A stretch of 32,000 nt of DNA, from assembly GCF_001457615.1 (NCBI RefSeq), contig NZ_LN831024.1, positions 4,110,001-4,142,000 on the forward strand, in the 5' to 3' direction. The notes under the pieces were generated by a model. The model was not told the DNA's origin. It was given only the letters and a program-made list of their open reading frames with translations, and ran no database searches. Below, one piece after another: positions 27,236-32,000 of this stretch (the first letter of the stretch is position 1; each line of letters starts with the position of its first letter). Made by a program: the position numbers and the translations under genes. Origin of the DNA: Pseudomonas aeruginosa. GTDB taxonomy: Bacteria > Pseudomonadota > Gammaproteobacteria > Pseudomonadales > Pseudomonadaceae.

Positions 27236-28134
27236 CGACGCTCGGCGCGATACAGCCAGCCGAGGCCGGCCAGCGACAGCAGCAGGCCACCCAGCAGCAT
27301 GGGTGTCAGCGGCTCGGCGAACATCCAGTGCGCCCATAGCAGGGTCAGCGCCGGGCTCAGGTACAGCGCCGCGCTGCCACCCTGTGCGGAAAGATGGCGC
27401 AGGCCCAGCCAGTACAGGCCGTAGCCGCCGAAGGTGGGCAGCAGCACCAGCCAGGCGAGCCCGAACAGGAATCCGCCGGACAGCGGCGGCCGCAGGCTAC
27501 CCTCCGCCAGCGCCAGGCCGGCGAACGCCGGCAGCGCGGCGCCGATCTGCACGAACAGCACCACGGCCAGCGATCCCGGCGCATCGTCCCAGCGCTTCTG
27601 CAACAGGGTGGCCAGGGCCAGCGCCAGCATGCCCAGCAGCGGCAGGCCGTAGGCCCAGCCCGGCGCCCGCCCCAGCGCCAGCGCCGCATGCCCGGCCCAG
27701 AGCACCCCGGCGACGCCCAGGGCGATCCCCGGCCACTGCCCCGGCCGCGTTCGCTGCCCCGGCAGGACCAGCGCCAGCAAGGCCACCAGCAGCGGCAACA
27801 GGTCGGCCATCAGCGCCGCCACGCCCGGCGAGACGCCGAGTTCGATGGCCTTGGCGATCGGCGCGATGTAGCCCGCGTAGGCCAACGCCCCGATCAGCGC
27901 CTGGCGCCGCCACTGGCGCGCCGACAACCGGCGCAGCCCGGCCCAGGCGAAGGGCAGCAGCAGCGCCAGGCAAACGGCGAAGCGCCAGAAGCTGGTGAGG
28001 AACACCGGCGCCTGTTCCATGGCATAGCGGTAGCCGACGAAGCCGGAACTCCAGGCCAGTACCATGCCCAGTTGCACGGCCAGCAGGCGGGTCGCCCCGG
28101 GCATCGCTCGCGGGGTGCAGGTGGTCGCGCGCAT
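27232..28134 (-). CDS. EamA/DMT-family transporter (300 aa)
   Basis: AVQLGMVLAWSSGFVGYRYAMEQAPVFLTSFWRFAVCLALLLPFAW...; second EamA repeat SLRPPLSGGFLFGLAWLVLLPTFGGYGLYWLGLRHLSAQGGSAALYLSPALTLLWAHWMFAEPLTPMLLGG. Confidence 0.92.
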   Translation of the reverse strand: MRATTCTPRAMPGATRLLAVQLGMVLAWSSGFVGYRYAMEQAPVFLTSFWRFAVCLALLLPFAWAGLRRLSARQWRRQALIGALAYAGYIAPIAKAIELGVSPGVAALMADLLPLLVALLALVLPGQRTRPGQWPGIALGVAGVLWAGHAALALGRAPGWAYGLPLLGMLALALATLLQKRWDDAPGSLAVVLFVQIGAALPAFAGLALAEGSLRPPLSGGFLFGLAWLVLLPTFGGYGLYWLGLRHLSAQGGSAALYLSPALTLLWAHWMFAEPLTPMLLGGLLLSLAGLGWLYRAERR

Positions 28135-28233
28135 CGCTCGCCTCCGTCGGTCAGGTTCGAGTCGAGGCTAGGCGGCCTCCGCCGCTACTATCAAACGAAA
28201 CTATCTGCACCAGTCATGCAGGAAATCGGAACC

Positions 28234-29100
28234 ATGAGCGCCAACCTGGATATCGAGCTGCTGCGTACCTTCCATGCCATCCTGCGCTTCGGCCGTTTCC
28301 TCGCCGCGGCCAGCCACCTCAACCGCAGCCCCTCGGCGGTGAGCACCCACGTCCGGCGCCTGGAGGAACTGGCCGGCGGCCGGCTGTTCGAGCGCGACAA
28401 CCAGTCGGTGCGGCTGACCCCGCTGGGGCAGCGGTTCCAGCGCCAGACCGCCGAGCTGCTGGAGACCCACGACCGCGTGCTCGCCGGGTTGCGCAGACGG
28501 GAAGAGCCGCTGCGGGTGCGCTTCGGCATTTCCGAGGAATACGCCGGCAAGCTGCTCGGCCGCCTCCTGCCACGCCTCGGCGCGGAACTGCCGGCGCTGG
28601 AGCTGGAGGTGCTCACCGACGCCAGCGGCAGGCTGGCCGGACGCCTGCGGCGCGGCCAGCTGGACCTCGCCCTGCTGGTGCAAGCGCAAGACGAAACCCC
28701 GTACGACGGGCACTCCCGCGAGATCGGCGGCACCCAGCCGGTGTGGGTCGCCGGCCACGGCCTGCGGATCGATCCGCAACGCCCGCTGCCGCTGGCCCTG
28801 CACGGCCAGGGTTGTCCCTATCGGCAGGCGCTGCTGGAAGCCCTCGGCGCGACGGGCCGGCGCTGGCGCACGGTGGTCAGCAGTCCCGGCGCGGCGGCGC
28901 TGGAAGCGGCCATCGAAGGCGGCCTGGCGATCGGCGTGATCGACCGTGCGCGGGTCGGCCCGACGATGCGCGTGCTGGGGCCGGCGGAGGGCTTCGCCGA
29001 ACTGCCCGCCCACCGCATTCGCCTGGCCTTCGCCCCGGGAGAGCGGCCGCCGGCGCTGGAGCGCCTCGGCGAACTGATCGCCGAGGAGTTCCGGCTCTGA
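28234..29100 (+). CDS. LysR-family transcriptional regulator
   Basis: MSANLDIELLRTFHAILRFGRFLAAASHLNRSPSAVSTHVRRLEELAGGRLFERDNQSVRLTPLGQRF; alternative ATG at 28216. Confidence 0.94.
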   Translation: MSANLDIELLRTFHAILRFGRFLAAASHLNRSPSAVSTHVRRLEELAGGRLFERDNQSVRLTPLGQRFQRQTAELLETHDRVLAGLRRREEPLRVRFGISEEYAGKLLGRLLPRLGAELPALELEVLTDASGRLAGRLRRGQLDLALLVQAQDETPYDGHSREIGGTQPVWVAGHGLRIDPQRPLPLALHGQGCPYRQALLEALGATGRRWRTVVSSPGAAALEAAIEGGLAIGVIDRARVGPTMRVLGPAEGFAELPAHRIRLAFAPGERPPALERLGELIAEEFRL

Positions 29101-29166
29101 GCCGCTACAGCGCCGGGCGCTAGACCCGCAGGCGGTGGCCGTCTGTCAGTTTCCGGCAGCAGTCGC

Positions 29167-29396
29167 TCACTGCGCGGCGATGCTTTCCCGTTCACGCCAC
29201 TCGCGCAGCAACGCCTGGCGCCGGCGCCGCCCTCGATGTGCGCGCCCTGCTGTCGCAGGATGGCGATATCGCGGTAGAGGGTGCGCAGGCTGATCCCCAG
29301 TTCGCCGGCGAGCACATGCCCGGCCACCGGGTAACGGTGCCGGCGCAGAATCTGCAGCAGGTCGAGCAGGCGCTGGCTACGGGACAGGGCGCCGAC
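29167..29396 (-). pseudogene. Remnant of a YafY/DeoR-type HTH regulator lacking its WYL-domain region
   Basis: VGALSRSQRLLDLLQILRRHRYPVAGHVLAGELGISLRTLYRDIAILRQQGAHIEGGAG (intact HTH, no ATG/GTG/TTG start near its beginning). In another frame, RQALLREWRERESIAAQ* is a plausible original C-terminus. Confidence 0.75.
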
Positions 29397-30260
29397 TCAC
29401 AGTTGCTCCAGGCAGTCGCGGGCGTGGTCGTCGAGGGGGACGAAGACCAGCAGGCGATCGCCGTTCTTCGGCGCCGACCACCAGTTGGTCTGCTGCAGTT
29501 CGAATTCGCCGCAGCGCGCATGACGGAAGCGCTTGAGCTGGTTTTCGATACCCATCACCTCGTTGCGCCGCCAGATCTCGCGGAACTCCGCCGAAGCCTC
29601 CAGGCAGCGCTGCAACTGCCGCTCCCACAGCGGATCGCCCATGCGCTCGACCATTGCCGCGCGGAAGAAGCCGACCATCCGCGGCAACGCCTCCTCGCGG
29701 TTGGCCATGCAGTAGCGCCAGCGCTCGTGGGTCAGCGCCAGGTAGATGCAGTTGCGGTCTTCCTCGGGGATCTCCGCCAGGTCGATGCCCACCAGCCGGC
29801 AATAGGCGCGGTTGTAGCCGCGGATGTCGAAACGGGCGTTCTGCACCATGGCCGGCAACGGGTCGAGGGCATCGAGGATGGCCTGGGTGGCGGCCGAGGG
29901 CTTCTCGCAGACCGCCCGCCGCGCCGAGGTCGGCGCGGCCAGCCCGGCGAGGTTGAACAGGTGGTGGGTTTCCGTCTCGTTGCACAGCAGGGCCCGAGCG
30001 ATGGCTCCGATCACCTGCTCCGAAGCGCGTACCGCGCGGCCCTGCTCCAGCCAGGTGTACCAGGTCACGCCGACCCCGGCGAGCTGCGCCACCTCCTCGC
30101 GACGCAGGCCCGGCGTGCGTCGGCGGCCGAGGCGGGAAATGCCGACCCGCTGCGGCTCGATGCTTTCCCGCCGGCGGCGCAGGAAGGCCCCCAGCTGTTC
30201 GGCGCGGGACGGCTGCGCGGGGCTTTCCGCAGCGTGGCTGGCAGGGGCGTCGAGGGGCAT
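29397..30260 (-). CDS. XRE-family regulator with MmyB-like ligand-binding domain
   Basis: AEQLGAFLRRRRESIEPQRVGISRLGRRRTPGLRREEVAQLAGVGVTWYTWLEQGRAVRASEQVIGAIARAL followed by MmyB-like region; start MPLDAP at 30260 in ORF 29397..30368. Confidence 0.92.
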   Translation of the reverse strand: MPLDAPASHAAESPAQPSRAEQLGAFLRRRRESIEPQRVGISRLGRRRTPGLRREEVAQLAGVGVTWYTWLEQGRAVRASEQVIGAIARALLCNETETHHLFNLAGLAAPTSARRAVCEKPSAATQAILDALDPLPAMVQNARFDIRGYNRAYCRLVGIDLAEIPEEDRNCIYLALTHERWRYCMANREEALPRMVGFFRAAMVERMGDPLWERQLQRCLEASAEFREIWRRNEVMGIENQLKRFRHARCGEFELQQTNWWSAPKNGDRLLVFVPLDDHARDCLEQL

Positions 30261-30379
30261 GGCGAAGTCCTCCGAAGGGCAGACGGGTAGCGCCAATACC
30301 AGGATAAGCAAGAACTGGTACCGGGTTAGCCAGAAGCGCATGCTGCCAGCCCACTCCCTTCCGCACAAGGACTCCGCCC

Positions 30380-31822
30380 ATGCCCAGCACCGTCTCGTCG
30401 TCGCGGCTCGGCCTCGCCGGGCTCTGCATCCTGCTGGCGGGGCAACTGTTGCCGATGATCGATTTCTCCATCGTCAACGTCGCCCTCGACGCCCTCGCCC
30501 ATTCCCTCGGCGCCAGCGAAACCGAACTGGAACTGATCGTCGCCGTCTACGGCGTGGCCTTCGCCGTGTGCCTGGCGATGGGCGGCCGGCTTGGCGACAA
30601 CTACGGCCGTCGCCGCCTGTTCGATCTCGGCGTCGCCCTGTTCGCCGTCGCCTCGTTGCTTTGCGGGCTGGCCGGTTCGGTCTGGCTGCTGTTGGTGGCG
30701 CGCGCCCTGCAGGGCGTCGGCGCGGCGCTGGTCGTGCCGCAGATTCTCGCCACCCTGCATGTCAGCCTCAGCGGCCACGCGCATTCCCGCGCGCTGGCCG
30801 CCTACGGCGCCATCGGCGGCCTGGCCTTCGTCGTCGGCCAGGTGCTCGGCGGCTTCCTGGTCTCCGCCGACATCGGCGGCCTCGGCTGGCGCAGCGTGTT
30901 CCTGATCAACCTGCCGATCTGCCTCGGCATTCTCCTTTGCAGCCGCCGCTGGGTACCGGAGACCCGCGCCGAGCATGCCGCCCGCGTCGACGCGCCGGGC
31001 ACCCTGCTGCTCGCCGCGCTGATCCTCTGCCTGCTGCTGCCGCTGGCTCTCGGCCCATCGCTGCACTGGTCCTGGCCCTGCGCCCTGCTGCTGGCGGCGG
31101 CGGTGCCGCTGCTGGCCTGGCTGTGGCGCACCGAGCTGCGCCAGGAACGCCGCCAGGCCTGGCCGTTGCTGCCGCCGTCGCTGCTGCGCCTGCCGAGCAT
31201 CCGCTTCGGCCTGTTGCTGGCGATCCTGTTCTTCGCCTGCTGGAGCGGCTTCATGTTCGCCCTTGCCCTGGCCCTGCAGGCCGGCGCCGGTCTCTCGCCG
31301 GTGCAGGCCGGCAATGCCTTCATCGCCCTCGGCGCCTCCTACTTCGTCTCGGCGCTGCTCACCGCCCGGGTGGCGGCGCGGATCGGCCCGGTACGCCTGC
31401 TGCTGCTCGGCTGCGTCATCCAGATGTGCGGCCTGCTCGGCCTGATGCTGACCCTGCAACGGGTCTGGCCGCAGCCGGGCATCCTCAACCTGGCGCCGGC
31501 GACCCTGGTGATCGGCTTCGGCCAGGCGTTCATCGTCAGCAGCTTCTTCCGCATCGGCCTCTCGGAGGTGCCGACCGCCCAGGCCGGCGCCGGCAGCGCC
31601 ATGCTCGCCACCGTCCAGCAGGCCTCCCTCGGCCTCGGCTCGGCGCTGCTCGGCGCGGTGTTCGCGCACAGGCTGGAGCGCCATGGCGACTACCTGGAAG
31701 CGACGCAGACGACCCTGGCCGTCGAGTTCGTCCTGATGACGCTGCTGCTCGGCGCCACCTGCCTCTTCTACCTGCGCCGCGTGCGCACGGTGCCATTGCG
31801 CTGCGACTCGCCGGGCAACTGA
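30380..31822 (+). CDS. DHA2-family MFS transporter (480 aa)
   Basis: LLPMIDFSIVNVALDALAHSLGASETELELIVAVYGVAFAVCLAMGGRLGDNYGRRRLF motifs; AAGGA upstream of the ATG. Confidence 0.93.
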   Translation: MPSTVSSSRLGLAGLCILLAGQLLPMIDFSIVNVALDALAHSLGASETELELIVAVYGVAFAVCLAMGGRLGDNYGRRRLFDLGVALFAVASLLCGLAGSVWLLLVARALQGVGAALVVPQILATLHVSLSGHAHSRALAAYGAIGGLAFVVGQVLGGFLVSADIGGLGWRSVFLINLPICLGILLCSRRWVPETRAEHAARVDAPGTLLLAALILCLLLPLALGPSLHWSWPCALLLAAAVPLLAWLWRTELRQERRQAWPLLPPSLLRLPSIRFGLLLAILFFACWSGFMFALALALQAGAGLSPVQAGNAFIALGASYFVSALLTARVAARIGPVRLLLLGCVIQMCGLLGLMLTLQRVWPQPGILNLAPATLVIGFGQAFIVSSFFRIGLSEVPTAQAGAGSAMLATVQQASLGLGSALLGAVFAHRLERHGDYLEATQTTLAVEFVLMTLLLGATCLFYLRRVRTVPLRCDSPGN

Positions 31823-31827
31823 GGCGC

Positions 31828-31852
31828 GCGGCCGGGCCCTGTTCCCGGCCGC
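31828..31852. other. Strong GC hairpin downstream of the MFS gene, possible terminator
   Basis: GCGGCCGGG-CCCTGTT-CCCGGCCGC, extendable on both sides (GGCGC...GCGCC); no T-tract. Confidence 0.4.
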
Positions 31853-31899
31853 CGGCGCCCCGTATGCTGGCGCGGTCCCCCAGCCAGGCCTTCGCCCCG

Positions 31900-32000
31900 A
31901 TGCACGACCTGCTCGCCGCCCCGCCCCCCGCCGACCTCGCCAGCCTGCTGGCCAGCCTGCGCCAGGTCGAGGCGCTGCTCGACGCCATGCCCGGCGTGGT
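31900..32000 (+). CDS. Start of a truncated ORF running off the window, possibly a sensor or PAS-containing regulator
   Basis: MHDLLAAPPPADLASLLASLRQVEALLDAMPGV... in frame to the window end. Product assignment is weak. Confidence 0.35.
   Translation, partial: MHDLLAAPPPADLASLLASLRQVEALLDAMPGV

Noticed and set aside
25694-27998. Alternative plus-strand frames (including the 661-aa ORF 26013..27998) over the dehydrogenase and EamA genes
   Set aside because: Arg/Pro/Ala-rich out-of-frame translations of the identified genes.
1-32000. Search for CRISPR arrays, tRNA/rRNA, IS elements, integrases, toxin-antitoxin, retrons or other defence systems
   Set aside because: No regularly spaced direct repeats, transposase/integrase motifs, reverse transcriptase or defence signatures were seen; gene content is metabolic, transport and regulatory.

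Overview
This GC-rich window looks like ordinary core chromosome of Pseudomonas aeruginosa or a very close relative. The species is inferred from recalled gene order and codon usage; no search was run. From left to right it contains: a TetR regulator; a small protein resembling a phage family; a FadL-type outer membrane protein; a minus-strand MarR / MFS transporter / 35-aa miniprotein / periplasmic glutathione peroxidase cluster; a DmdC-like acyl-CoA dehydrogenase; a TetR regulator divergent from a DHA2 MFS transporter; a complete late aerobic cobalamin gene block (cobO, cobB, bluB, cobD, cobC, cobQ, cobP, cobT-type, alpha-ribazole phosphatase, cobV) behind a btuB-like TonB receptor and a cobalamin riboswitch; a FUSC-family exporter; a GntR-regulator/hydroxyproline catabolic cluster (epimerase plus three-subunit D-hydroxyproline dehydrogenase); EamA, LysR and XRE/MmyB-type genes; and a second DHA2 MFS transporter. 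I found no CRISPR array, phage, transposon, tRNA or rRNA, and no convincing new defence or mobile system. The most noteworthy observations are: (1) an apparent single-base deletion that frameshifts the beta subunit of D-hydroxyproline dehydrogenase at about 25496-25500; (2) a decayed YafY/DeoR-type regulator at 29167-29396 with intact HTH and C-terminal tail but its central WYL region missing and no normal start codon; (3) a MarR-MFS-miniprotein-GPx module with matching CGGGTATATACCCG-type palindromes and a probably leaderless marR transcript; (4) near-perfect TetR operators, one filling the spacer of a promoter; and (5) a lysozyme-like phage-family homologue whose expected catalytic Glu appears to be Gln.
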